Source of the DNA: an uncultured delta proteobacterium
GTDB lineage: Bacteria > Myxococcota > Myxococcia > Myxococcales > Anaeromyxobacteraceae
Length of the DNA: 64,000 nucleotides
Assembly (NCBI GenBank): GCA_963814585.1
Contig: CAWFDF010000008.1
Span: forward strand, 96,001 to 160,000
Direction of reading: 5' to 3'
This document shows, one piece after another, positions 1 to 8,805 of the stretch. The notes beneath the pieces are model-generated. The model searched no databases, was not told the origin of the DNA, and saw only the letters and a program-made list of their open reading frames with translations. Numbering within the stretch: position 1 is the stretch's first letter; every line of letters starts with the position of its first letter. Made by a program: the position numbers and the translations under genes.

Positions 1-2
1 AG

Positions 3-58
3 TTGACCGCGACGAGGCCGGCTTCTGGTGGCCTCGCCGCAAGGTTCGAGAAGCAACT
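3..58 (+). other. Structured element, copy 1 (11-bp hairpin with loop GGCTTCTGGT)
   Basis: TTGACC-GCGACGAGGCC-GGCTTCTGGT-GGCCTCGCCGC-AAGGTTCGAGAAGCAACT; aligns without gaps to the inverted copy at 301-246 (40/56 identical) with compensatory stem changes. Confidence 0.6.
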
Positions 59-71
59 GCTGCATGTAGAC

Positions 72-109
72 AGGCCCGCATCCCTTCCCGGGGTGCGGGT
101 CTTTCCTTT
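72..109 (+). terminator. Probable rho-independent terminator
   Basis: 13-bp stem AGGCCCGCATCCC/GGGGTGCGGGTCT (2 G-U pairs), 5-nt loop, followed by TTCCTTT. Confidence 0.6.
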
Positions 110-245
110 GGCGCAGTGGTTGCGGGCACGGTACACCGCGCCTTCCCTCTCGGCGGCGCCTGCGTGCGGGCTGGAGGATGCGCCGAGCCGCCGGGCCTGA
201 GGCGGGCGGCGGCGTGCGGAGCGAGGCTCGGGGGTGGAGGTCCCG

Positions 246-301
246 AGATGCTCCTCGAGTCTTGTGCTGGCGCCACCAGAAACCGGCGCCAGCACGATCA
301 A
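246..301 (-). other. Structured element, copy 2, overlapping the dnaE2 stop codon
   Basis: Minus strand TTGATC-GTGCTGGCGCC-GGTTTCTGGT-GGCGCCAGCAC-AAGACTCGAGGAGCATCT; perfect 11-bp stem. Confidence 0.6.
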
Positions 302-3300
302 TGGAAGTTCCTGGCCCGCTCCCCCACCGTGGGCGCGAAGGCCAGCGGGGCCAGGGCGTCCACCCGCACGTTGACCACCCGCCCGTTCCGCTCCAGCCGG
401 CCCCTCGCCAGCAGGAACGGCGAGCCGCGCACCACCGGCCGGTACCGCTCGTAGACGTCCGGCATGACCACCAGGTTGGCGATGCCGGTCTCGTCCTCCA
501 GCGAGACGAAGACGATGCCGTGGGCGGTCTCCGGCCGCTGCCGCACGATCACCAGCCCGGCCACCTCCACCGGCGCGCGGTCGTCGAGACGGCCGAGCTC
601 GCTGGCGGTCCGCACCCGGCCGCCCGCCAGCGTGGGGCGGACCAGGGCCATGGGGTGCCCGCGCACCGAGAGGCCGGTGGTGGCGTAGTCCCCCTGCACC
701 AGCTCGGCGGCGCCGGCCGGCTCGAGCCGCGCCTCCGGCTCGGCCGGCGCCAGCCCGGCGAACAGGTCGCCCGTGTCCGGCTGCGCCGGCTGGGCCATGG
801 TCTTCCAGACCGCCTCGCGCCGCTCCGGCTCCAGACCCTTCAGCGTCCCGGCCTCGGCCAGCCGCGTGGCCCAGGCGCGCGAGAGCCCGGCGCGCAGGCA
901 GAGCGCCGCCACCGAGCCGAAGGCGCCATCCCGTCGCGCCGCCACCACCGCCTCGCCCACCTCGCGCGGCAGCCCCTGCACCAGGTGGAGCCCGAGCCGG
1001 ACGACCGGCGGCTCCCCCGGCGCCGGAGGCCGCCCCGGCGCCAGCCCCTCCAGCGAGGTCTCCCAGCCGCTCCAGTCCACGTCGACGCCTCGCACCTCCA
1101 CCCCATGCCGCTTGGCGTCCTCGACCAGCGTGTGGGGCGCGTAGAAGCCCATGGGCTGGCTGTTGACGAGCGCGGCGGCGAAGATCGCCGGGTGGTAGCA
1201 CTTCAGCCAGGCCGAGGCGTAGACCAGCAGCGCGAACGACGCGGCGTGCGACTCGGGGAAGCCGTAGCCTGCGAAGCCGAGCAGGTGCGTGAAGATCTTC
1301 TCGGCGTCGGCAGCGGGGATGCGCCGCTCGGCCATGCCGTCCAGCAGCCGCGCCTTCATGGCCGCCAGCCGCTGGTGCGAGCGCCGGTGGGTCATGACCC
1401 GCCGCAGCTCGTCGGCCTCGCCCGGCGTGAACCCGGCCGCCACCACGGCCAGCCGCATGGCCTGCTCCTGGAAGAGCGGGATGCCGAGGGTGCGTGCCAG
1501 CACCGCCTCGAGCGGCGGGTACGGGTAGGTCACCGGCTCCCGCCCATCGCGCCGGCGCAGGAACGGATGGACCATGCCGCCCTGGATCGGCCCGGGCCGG
1601 ATGATGGCCACCGAGATGACCAGGTCGTAGAAGCAGCGCGGCTGGAGCCGCGGCAGGAGTCCCATCTGCGCCCGCGACTCGATCTGGAAGACGCCGACGG
1701 TGTCGGCGCGGCTGGCCATGTCGTAGACCGCCGGATCCTCGGCCGGGATGGTGGCGAGCGAGTCGGGCCAGGGCACCGGCGTCGGGTGGGCCGGCGCCGG
1801 CCGGTGGCGCGCCAGCAGGTCGAGGGCGCGAGACAGGGCGGTGAGCATCCCCAGGGCCAGCAGGTCGACCTTGAGCAGGTCGAGCGCCGCCAGGTCGTCC
1901 TTGTCCCACTGGACGATGGTCCGGCCCGGCATGGCCGCCGGCTCGATGGGGACGGTCTCGGCGAGCGGCCTCCGGGTGATGACGAAGCCGCCGACGTGGA
2001 TGGAGAGGTGGCGCGGGAAGCCCTGCAGCTCGCCGGCCAGCGCCAGCACCTGCCTCACCCGCGGGGCCTGGCCGGGATCGAGCCCGGCCTGCGCCAGCGT
2101 GGCGTCGGTGATGGCAGCCGGGTCCTCGTGGTGCGAGACCGCCTTGGTGAGCCGGTCCACCTGTGAGAGCGAGAGGCCGAGCGCCTTGCCGACGTCGCGC
2201 AGCGCCGAGCGGGTCCGGTAGGTGATCACCTCGCAGACCATCCCGGCGTGGGCCCGTCCGTACCGCTCGTAGACGTACTGCAGCACCTCCTCGCGCCGCT
2301 CGTGCTCGAAGTCGACGTCGATGTCGGGCGGCTCGCCCCGCTCCGCCGAGATGAACCGCTCGAAGAGCAGCCCCATCCGGACCGGGTCGATGGAGGTGAC
2401 CCCGAGCACGTAGCAGACGGCCGAGTTGGCGGCGCTCCCCCGCCCCTGGCAGAGGATGCCGCGCTCCCGCGCGAACCGGACCACGTCCCAGACCGTGAGG
2501 AAGTAGCTGGCGTAGCCGAGCCGATCGACCAGGGCCAGCTCCTTCTCGAGCTGCCGCGCCACGTCGGCCGGCGGCTCGCCGCCGTAGCGCCAGCGCGCCC
2601 CCTCCCGCACCAGGGTGCGCAAGAGCGCCATGCCGGTGAGCGGCTCGTCGGTCGGGGCTGGGGACGCGACCGGGATCGCGAATGGGGTCGTGGCCGCGGC
2701 AGTGGTCGTGGCAATGGTCGTGGCCGCGGCAATGGCCGCGATCGATGCCGTGGCAGTGGGTGCGATCGAGGCCGGGGCCGCAGCCGGGATAACCCCCGCC
2801 CCGACCCCCGCCCCGCGCGTGGTCCGCAGCCGGGTGACCCGCTGCGGCGCCACCGCCCGCTCCGCCTGCGCCGGGCTCGAGGTCGAGACCGCGGCCCCCG
2901 CCGCCAGCGTGGCGGTGTCGACCCGCACCGGCGGCAGCGGGTGCTCGCCGCGGATCTCCTCCATGCGGAACCGGCACCGCGCCGCGATCTCCACCGCGGT
3001 CTCCAGCCCCTCCGGGAAGTCGGCCCAGAGCCTGGCCATCTCCTCCGGTCCCTTGAGCGTCCGCTCGGCGTTGGGGGCGAGCCGGCGGCCGGCCCTGTCC
3101 ACCGTGGTCCCGAGCCGGACGCAGGTGAGCACGTCCTGCAGCACCTGCCGGCGCCGCTCGTGGGTCTCCACGTCGTTCACCACCGCCACCGGGATGGCGA
3201 GCCGCTCCCCGATGGCGCGGGAGGCCGCCACCCGCGCCTCGTCGCCGGCCACGTGGTGGCGCGCCACCGTCAGCGCCAGCCGGCGGCCGAAGAGCTCGCG

Positions 3301-3750
3301 CAGCTGGGCGGCCGCCTCGCCGTCGTGGCCGCCGTAGAGCGCGAAGAGGCCGCCGGCCCGCTCCCCCAGCAGCCGCTGCGCCACCCGCACCGCCTCGGGC
3401 TCGCGCCGCCCCGCCGCCGCGGCCACCGGATCGCCGCCGTGGGCCGCGGTGATGAGCCGGCAGAGGTTGGCGTACCCGTCGCGGTCGAGCGCCAGCAAGG
3501 TCAGCCAGCCGGGCCGGCCGCGCCCGAGATCGGCCACCGCCAGCTCGGCGCCGACGAGGAGCGGAAAGCCGAGCCGCTTCGCCTCGACGTGAGCGCGGAC
3601 GATCCCCTGGAGCCCGTTCCGGTCGGAGAGGGCCAGCGCCTGCAGGCCGAGCTCGGCGGCGCGCGCCACCAGCTCCTCGGGGTGGCTCGCCCCCTCCAGG
3701 AAGGAGAAGCAGGAGCGGCAGCGCAGCTCGGCGTAGCGTGGCGTCGCCAT
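298..3750 (-). CDS. dnaE2: Error-prone DNA polymerase DnaE2 (ImuC)
   Basis: Start MATPRYAELRCRSCFSFLEGASHPEELV (PHP domain); GRGSAANS, PPDIDVDFEHERREEV, GFPRHLSIHVGG, YGFPESHAASF; C-terminal RNFH; ATG at 3750 overlaps the imuB stop (TGATG). Confidence 0.95.
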   Translation of the reverse strand: MATPRYAELRCRSCFSFLEGASHPEELVARAAELGLQALALSDRNGLQGIVRAHVEAKRLGFPLLVGAELAVADLGRGRPGWLTLLALDRDGYANLCRLITAAHGGDPVAAAAGRREPEAVRVAQRLLGERAGGLFALYGGHDGEAAAQLRELFGRRLALTVARHHVAGDEARVAASRAIGERLAIPVAVVNDVETHERRRQVLQDVLTCVRLGTTVDRAGRRLAPNAERTLKGPEEMARLWADFPEGLETAVEIAARCRFRMEEIRGEHPLPPVRVDTATLAAGAAVSTSSPAQAERAVAPQRVTRLRTTRGAGVGAGVIPAAAPASIAPTATASIAAIAAATTIATTTAAATTPFAIPVASPAPTDEPLTGMALLRTLVREGARWRYGGEPPADVARQLEKELALVDRLGYASYFLTVWDVVRFARERGILCQGRGSAANSAVCYVLGVTSIDPVRMGLLFERFISAERGEPPDIDVDFEHERREEVLQYVYERYGRAHAGMVCEVITYRTRSALRDVGKALGLSLSQVDRLTKAVSHHEDPAAITDATLAQAGLDPGQAPRVRQVLALAGELQGFPRHLSIHVGGFVITRRPLAETVPIEPAAMPGRTIVQWDKDDLAALDLLKVDLLALGMLTALSRALDLLARHRPAPAHPTPVPWPDSLATIPAEDPAVYDMASRADTVGVFQIESRAQMGLLPRLQPRCFYDLVISVAIIRPGPIQGGMVHPFLRRRDGREPVTYPYPPLEAVLARTLGIPLFQEQAMRLAVVAAGFTPGEADELRRVMTHRRSHQRLAAMKARLLDGMAERRIPAADAEKIFTHLLGFAGYGFPESHAASFALLVYASAWLKCYHPAIFAAALVNSQPMGFYAPHTLVEDAKRHGVEVRGVDVDWSGWETSLEGLAPGRPPAPGEPPVVRLGLHLVQGLPREVGEAVVAARRDGAFGSVAALCLRAGLSRAWATRLAEAGTLKGLEPERREAVWKTMAQPAQPDTGDLFAGLAPAEPEARLEPAGAAELVQGDYATTGLSVRGHPMALVRPTLAGGRVRTASELGRLDDRAPVEVAGLVIVRQRPETAHGIVFVSLEDETGIANLVVMPDVYERYRPVVRGSPFLLARGRLERNGRVVNVRVDALAPLAFAPTVGERARNFH

Positions 3751-5447
3751 CAGTCGAAGAAGCCGTGGAGGTGGAGCCGGCCATCGGCCCCGTCCCGGTA
3801 GATCCAGCAGTCGCCCAGCCCCTCGATGCGGGCCCGGTAGTAGTCGCGATCGAAGGGGGCGCTCCACCACTCGCCGCGCAGTCGCTCCGGCCCCTCGAAG
3901 GAGAGGACCGCGTGCACCTCGGCCCCGAGCCGCACCGCGCTCACCCGTCCACCCTCGCCGGTGGCCACCAGCGGACGAGGCTCGCCGAGCAGCCGGGTCG
4001 GCCGTGGCGCCGGCTCCTCCGCGGCCGGCCTCTCCGGCGCATCCGCGCCACGCCGCGCCGCCGCCTCCGCATGCCGCCGCGCCAGCGCCCCGGGCTGCCG
4101 CGCCTCCAAGCCGGACTGCCGCGCCAGCGCCCCGGGCTGCCGCGCCTCCAAGCCGGACTGCCGCGCCAGCGCCCCGGGCTGCCGCGCCCCGGCCCGGAAC
4201 GGCACCGGGCGCCAGGCTGCCTCGGGCCGCCAGCGCGCCACCGGCTCGGCGGCCACCACCGCGCCGTCCCCGAGCCGCCCGGAGAGCCGGGCCAGGACCG
4301 TCTCCAGCGCCGCCTGCGCCTCGGGCCGGTCGCCCAGCGCCAGCTGCGCCTCGCGAACCACCGCCACCTCGACCGCGGCCAGCTTCACGCCGACCACCGC
4401 CCCGGGCAGCCGCAGCGCCAGCACCCGCTCCCGCCAGGCCAGCAGCCAGCGCGCCCCCACCGCCGAGGGCTGCGCCAGCGGGATGCTGAGCCGCTCCTCG
4501 CCGCGCGGGTCGAGCAGGAGCGTCACGGTGAGCCGGCTGGCTCCGAGCCCGCGCCCGCAGAGCCGCGCCGCCACCCGATTGGCCAGCCGCTTGAGCACGA
4601 AGAGCACCGGCTCGGCCCCGTCGGCCGGCCCCTCCAGCTCGATGGCCTCCTCGGGGAGCGTCTGGGGGAGGTACGGGATGAGCGGCGTGGGGTCGTCGCC
4701 GCGGGCCAGCCGCGCCGCCGCCGCGCCGGCCGGCCCGAAGCGGAGCGCCAGCCCCTCGGGCGGCAGCCGGGCCAGCTCCCCGACGCACGCCACGCCGACC
4801 GCGCCCAGCTTCGCCACCACCACCGGCCCGAGCCCGAGCGCCTCGAGCGGAAGCGGCGCCAGCGCCCGCGCCTCCTCGCCCGGCGGCACCAGCATCACCT
4901 CCGCGCCGGACGCCGCCTCCATGCCGTGCCGGGCCAGCGCCAGCGCCGGCCCGCGCCCGCAGGCCACCGCCGCCCGGACCGTGAAGCCGAGCTCTCCGGC
5001 CAGCGCCCGGGCCTGGCTCGCCAGCCGCCGCTCCGGCTCCGGCCCCGGCTCGCGGCCGCACAGCAGGTGGGCGGCGCTGGCGTCGAGCAGCAGCGCGTCG
5101 GGGCCGACCACCTCCACCGCCGGAGCCACCGCCAGCAGCGCCTCGGCCAGGGCGCGCAGCGCGGCCAGATCCGCGGCGGGCGCGTGCTTCACGGCCTGGA
5201 GCCGGCCGCAGGCGGCCAGCGCCTCGGCCAGCGTGTCGCCGGGCCGGACCCCCGCCGCAAGCGCCGTGGTCGAGCAGCAGAGCACCCGCCCCTCATCCAC
5301 CACCGCCACCGGCCGGTCGCCGATCGCCTCTCCCTCCTCCCGACCGCGCGCCAGCCGCTGGATTGGCAGCCCAGGCACGCAGAGCGCCAGCAGGCGGGGG
5401 CCGGCCGGCGGGCCATCGAGTGCGAGGGTGGAGGCTGCGCGTGGCAT
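3750..5447 (-). CDS. imuB: ImuB, Y-family polymerase-like accessory protein
   Basis: AAGVRPGDTLAEALA, LAPLPLEAL, C-terminal GPERLRGEWW..RDYYR..WIYRD..LHGFFD; directly upstream of dnaE2. Confidence 0.9.
   Translation of the reverse strand: MPRAASTLALDGPPAGPRLLALCVPGLPIQRLARGREEGEAIGDRPVAVVDEGRVLCCSTTALAAGVRPGDTLAEALAACGRLQAVKHAPAADLAALRALAEALLAVAPAVEVVGPDALLLDASAAHLLCGREPGPEPERRLASQARALAGELGFTVRAAVACGRGPALALARHGMEAASGAEVMLVPPGEEARALAPLPLEALGLGPVVVAKLGAVGVACVGELARLPPEGLALRFGPAGAAAARLARGDDPTPLIPYLPQTLPEEAIELEGPADGAEPVLFVLKRLANRVAARLCGRGLGASRLTVTLLLDPRGEERLSIPLAQPSAVGARWLLAWRERVLALRLPGAVVGVKLAAVEVAVVREAQLALGDRPEAQAALETVLARLSGRLGDGAVVAAEPVARWRPEAAWRPVPFRAGARQPGALARQSGLEARQPGALARQSGLEARQPGALARRHAEAAARRGADAPERPAAEEPAPRPTRLLGEPRPLVATGEGGRVSAVRLGAEVHAVLSFEGPERLRGEWWSAPFDRDYYRARIEGLGDCWIYRDGADGRLHLHGFFD
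4076..4188. repeat. 42-bp in-frame tandem repeat (about 2.7 copies) in imuB
   Basis: Unit GCCGCGCCAGCGCCCCGGGCTGCCGCGCCTCCAAGCCGGACT at 4076, 4118 and partially at 4160; encodes ARQPGALARQSGLE repeats. Confidence 0.9.
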
Positions 5448-5467
5448 GGACCGGCTCCGGACCGACG

Positions 5468-5496
5468 AGGCTACTGCTCGTTCGTTCAGTTATCAA
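5468..5496 (-). promoter_or_regulatory. SOS promoter of imuB-dnaE2: -35 TTGATA, 17-bp spacer holding a LexA box, -10 TAGCCT
   Basis: CTGCTCGTTCGTTCAG at 5474-5489 (CTG-N10-CAG; 15/17 to the Myxococcus LexA consensus CTRHAMRYBYGTTCAGS as recalled); conserved in a second copy before imuA. Confidence 0.8.
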
Positions 5497-5562
5497 GCCG
5501 GTCTGACAGTCTCCTTGGGGCGCGCGCGCGGGCGCCTTCAGTAACCCAAACGCGGTCCCTCC

Positions 5563-5592
5563 TTCGCGAGTTCTGACGTCAGAACTCGCGAA
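5563..5592. repeat. Perfect 30-bp palindrome
   Basis: TTCGCGAGTTCTGAC-GTCAGAACTCGCGAA is its own reverse complement. Confidence 0.95.
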
Positions 5593-5653
5593 TGGGGGAG
5601 GCCGGGGACTCTAACGAGGGAGGTCGAGTCGGCCTGAAGCCAGGACAGTTTCA

Positions 5654-5671
5654 AGTCCAGACGTCTGGACT
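5654..5671. repeat. Perfect 18-bp palindrome
   Basis: AGTCCAGACGTCTGGACT; shares the GACGTC centre with the 30-bp palindrome. Confidence 0.9.
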
Positions 5672-5742
5672 CCAGGACGACCGCCCTGAAATGCCGGCCC
5701 CGCACCGCGCCCCGTCCCGAGGTCGCCACCCAGAGGTCGGGG

Positions 5743-5775
5743 TGGACAGCATAGCTATGTCAGAGGTATGCTGTC
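5743..5775 (+). promoter_or_regulatory. Putative TA promoter with overlapping inverted-repeat operator
   Basis: TGGACA-18bp-TATGCT a few nt before GTG 5779; inverted repeat GACAGCATA (5745-5753) / TATGCTGTC (5767-5775) covers both boxes. Confidence 0.6.
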
Positions 5776-5778
5776 GCC

Positions 5779-6102
5779 GTGAAGCTGGCCGCTGATCAGG
5801 AGACTGCCGCCTGGCTGGCGACCAGGCCGGCGATGCCGTGGGACGCCGGCAACAGCACCAAGAGCGCGGCGAAGCACGGGTTCCACGTCGCGGATGTGGG
5901 GTCGCTCCTGGCCGGGGCGGTGCTGTTCGCAGGTCGAATCGTCGAGCCGGCGCACGAGGAGGCGAGGTACCTGCTCCTCGGCGTCGCCTCGGACGGTCGG
6001 CACACTGCGCTGGTCTTCGCCCGGCGTGCCGATCTGCTGCGGCCGATCAGCTGCCGCGCGATGAGGAAGAAGGAAAAGGAGGCCCACGATGAAGCGACGT
6101 AG
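5779..6102 (+). CDS. brnT: BrnT-family type II toxin (ribonuclease)
   Basis: WDAGNSTKSAAKHG, EARYLLLG, VFARRADLLRPISCRAMRKKEKEAHDE fit the BrnT pattern; overlaps the antitoxin start. Confidence 0.8.
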   Translation: MKLAADQETAAWLATRPAMPWDAGNSTKSAAKHGFHVADVGSLLAGAVLFAGRIVEPAHEEARYLLLGVASDGRHTALVFARRADLLRPISCRAMRKKEKEAHDEAT

Positions 6103-6355
6103 CACCAAGAAGCCGAAGATGAAGAACGCCGCCAGCGGGCGGGATGCGACGCTGCGCTCGTTCGAGGAGCGGGACCTTGGCGACGACATCAAGGCGGCGG
6201 GGACGGCCGTCGTCGTTCGTCCCCAGCGGCCCACGTCGATCCTGCTCAGCGACGAGCTGAAGGCCCAGCTTCGCCGGCGCGGTGCGGAGCTGGGGGTTGG
6301 CTACCAGACGGCCGCCAAGATGATCCTCTCCAGGTACGTCAACGCCAAGCTGTAG
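6089..6355 (+). CDS. BrnA/CopG-like ribbon-helix-helix antitoxin
   Basis: C-terminal TSILLSDELKAQLRRRGAELGVGYQTAAKMILSRYV with the GYQT motif; follows the toxin. Confidence 0.75.
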   Translation: MKRRSTKKPKMKNAASGRDATLRSFEERDLGDDIKAAGTAVVVRPQRPTSILLSDELKAQLRRRGAELGVGYQTAAKMILSRYVNAKL

Positions 6356-6442
6356 CTTGGTAGATGATGTCCGCCACCGCGCCCCGCGCCCCGCGCCCGT
6401 CGCGCCCGGACGGCGGCATCTCACCCAGCTTGAGCCGCCGAT

Positions 6443-6754
6443 CTACTCGGACCCCGGGGTCCGGTCGTCTCTGGCCGGCACAGCCTGGGCCTTCCTGGCT
6501 CGGCTCAGCCATGGCTCGGCAAGGCGCAGCGCGAGGAACTCAGCGCCGAGCACCACGAAAAGAAGCGAGACGAGATACGGCAGATAGCCGACCGCGAAGT
6601 TGACGACCTGGAAGCCAGGCGCCCGAGCGTATTCGTCGATTGACGTTGCAGTTGCAGCGAAGCGAGACAACGCCCAGAGGACGAGAGCGCACAGACCGAG
6701 CCAGGCCACGCCCGCGATGAGGAATACCGCACGCCTCACCTGAATCACGGACAT
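6443..6754 (-). CDS. Small hypothetical membrane protein (2 predicted TM helices)
   Basis: MSVIQVRRAVFLIAGVAWLGLCALVLWAL and YLPYLVSLLFVVLGAEFLAL hydrophobic segments; GAGGG upstream of ATG 6754. Confidence 0.55.
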   Translation of the reverse strand: MSVIQVRRAVFLIAGVAWLGLCALVLWALSRFAATATSIDEYARAPGFQVVNFAVGYLPYLVSLLFVVLGAEFLALRLAEPWLSRARKAQAVPARDDRTPGSE

Positions 6755-6773
6755 CGCCCTCACCCTCGCGGGC

Positions 6774-8805
6774 CTACCGCTCCGCGAAGACGTACTCGTG
6801 CTGGGCGTCGCGGGTGATGAGCGTGCGCTTGCCCCCCGCGCCACCGACCACCAGCTCGACCCCGCTCATGCCCGGCACGGTGGTGATGAAGGAGACGGTG
6901 CCGTCCGGGTTCTTGCGGCTGGCCACCTCGCTGCGCCACTCGCCGAAGTCGAAGCTGGTGACGCCGCCCACCTGGCTCACGGCGATCTCACCGAGCGCGT
7001 CGTTGGCGTAGCGCCCGGCCAGCCTGCCGGCCTCGGCCGGGTCGGCCGGCACGGTGAGCAGCTTCCGCTCGGCGGCCAGCTGCTGGAAGAAGGTCCTGGC
7101 CTGCGCCGCCAGGTCGGCGTCGGCCTCCGGCTTGCCGTCGAAGAGCACCTCCAGCAGCTTGCGCCGGTAGAGCGTGCGCAGGATCCAGCCCGGGTCGGCG
7201 TTGGTCAGGATCACCGCCCCGACGCCCTGCTCCGGCAGCCAGATCATGTCGCTGTGGTAGCCGATCATGTCGCCCCCGTGGTGGACCACCGGGATGCCGT
7301 ACTTGGTGTCGACCATGAGTCCCATGCCGTAGCTGTCGTCCTTGCCGATGGAGACCTGCGGCGTGCGCCGCTCCAGCAGCGGCGCCTTGGCGATGTAGCG
7401 CCTCCCGCCCGGCAGCACCCCCTCGGCCAGCTCGATCGAGACGTAGCGCAGCATGTCCCGGACGCTGCTCCAGGCGGCGCCGGCCGGCCGCAGCGGGATG
7501 ATCGCAGTAGTTGACCGCCATGAGCGCCTTGGCCGGTCGCCCATCGATGTCGGGGGCGTGGGCGGTGGCGTGGTTCCCCTTCAAGGCCCGGGCGTAGTCG
7601 AAGGTGGTGGCCTTCATGCCGAGCGGCTCGAAGACACGGGTCCGCATCGCCGCGTCGTAGGCGGCCCCGAGCTCAAGCTTCGGGTAGAGCGCGCGGCCGC
7701 CGGTGAAGCCGCCGGCGCCGGCCATGCGGGTTGGAGTACTGGAACATCTCGCCGAACTTGCTGGTCGGCTGCATGGTCCCGAGCGTGGCCATCGCCTCTG
7801 CGGGCGTCACGCCCTGGTACTCGAACAGCCACTCGAGGTCCTGGCGCGGCAGGCCGGTGCAGGCGCAGATCAGGTGCTTCACCAGCACCTGACGCGTCGT
7901 CTCCGGCGTCGCCCAGCTTGAAGGTCGGCAGCAGGCTGGTGACCGGCGTCTCCCAGGTCGAGCTTCTTCTCGTCGACCAGCTTGGCCAGCATCAGCGTGG
8001 TCAGCGCCTTGGTGTTGGAGGCGATCATGAAGAGCGTGTCGGCGTCCGGCCTCTGCGGCTTGCCCGAGCTCGCGCACGCCGAAGCCGCCTGCGAAGACCG
8101 ATCTCGCCGTCCTGCACGAGGCCGACCGCCACGCCCGGCACGCCCAGTTCCTTCATGGCCGTCTCGACCCAGGCGTGCGAGCCGCGCCAGCCGCTCGGCG
8201 TCGAGCCGGTGGGCCTTCTTGCCGGCGAACGACTCTCGGGCGTAGCCCTTGGGGAGGAGCCGGCCGAAGACCAGCGAGACGGCCGCGCTCCGCTTCTCGC
8301 CGACCGCCTGGGCCATGTCGTAGATGATCACGGTCCAGACCTCGCCGGCGCGCCGGGAGTAGGCGGCGACGTCGCGCTTCTCGTTGGGGGAGGTCTGGTA
8401 GTCGTAGGCGCGTCGGTTGGTCCAGCCGTCCTTGTCGGGGGCGTCGGTGGTCACCTTGAGCGGCCAGCGGGCCTCGGGCTTGTAGGCGGCCCAGGCGGCG
8501 GCCACCGCGGCGTCGGCGTCTGGCGCCTTCACGTCGACGAAGGCGAGGTAGGAGCCCCCCTCCGGCGCCTCGAGGATGGTGGCCGGGCCGCGCACGGCGA
8601 TCGACCAGCCGGCCGGGGCGATGAAGGTGGCCCCCTCGACCGTGCTCCGCGGCGTGTCGGCGGCCAGCAGCTCGGGCGGCGGCGGCGCTGGGGGTGGCGC
8701 CACCGCGGGCGGCGCGGTGGCCGCGGGCGGCTCCGGAAGGACGGAGGGCGCCGGGGTGGAGCAGGCGCAGAGTGCAGCGACACATCCAGTGAGAAATGCG
8801 CGCAT
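6774..8805 (-). CDS. Beta-lactamase-family serine hydrolase lipoprotein (several frameshifts, probably sequence errors)
   Basis: Lipobox AALCAC; SxxK (IASNTKA), YxN (FQYSN) and HGG motifs lie in successive frames (ORFs 7879..8805, 7673..8077, 6988..7725, 6774..7544). Confidence 0.8.

Noticed and set aside
246..301. UGA plus hairpin after dnaE2 read as a SECIS or readthrough signal
   Set aside because: DnaE2 ends in its conserved terminal RNFH (SRDFH-like) motif, so the UGA is a true stop
2640..2930. Intein in DnaE2
   Set aside because: No Cys/Ser start, no His-Asn end and no endonuclease motifs; low-complexity sequence only
3751..5061. N-terminal extension of dnaE2 in the 1587-aa ORF
   Set aside because: Overlaps imuB in another frame and is Arg/Gly/Ala junk; homology begins at ATG 3750
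5530..5620. Integron attC site around the 30-bp palindrome
   Set aside because: Both TAAC motifs are on the same strand, there is no RYYYAAC/GTTRRRY pair, and no integrase is present
5703..6386. 12-bp direct repeat CACCGCGCCCCG flanking the TA module as a target-site duplication
   Set aside because: Almost all G/C in a very GC-rich sequence, so plausibly chance; no transposase or terminal repeats
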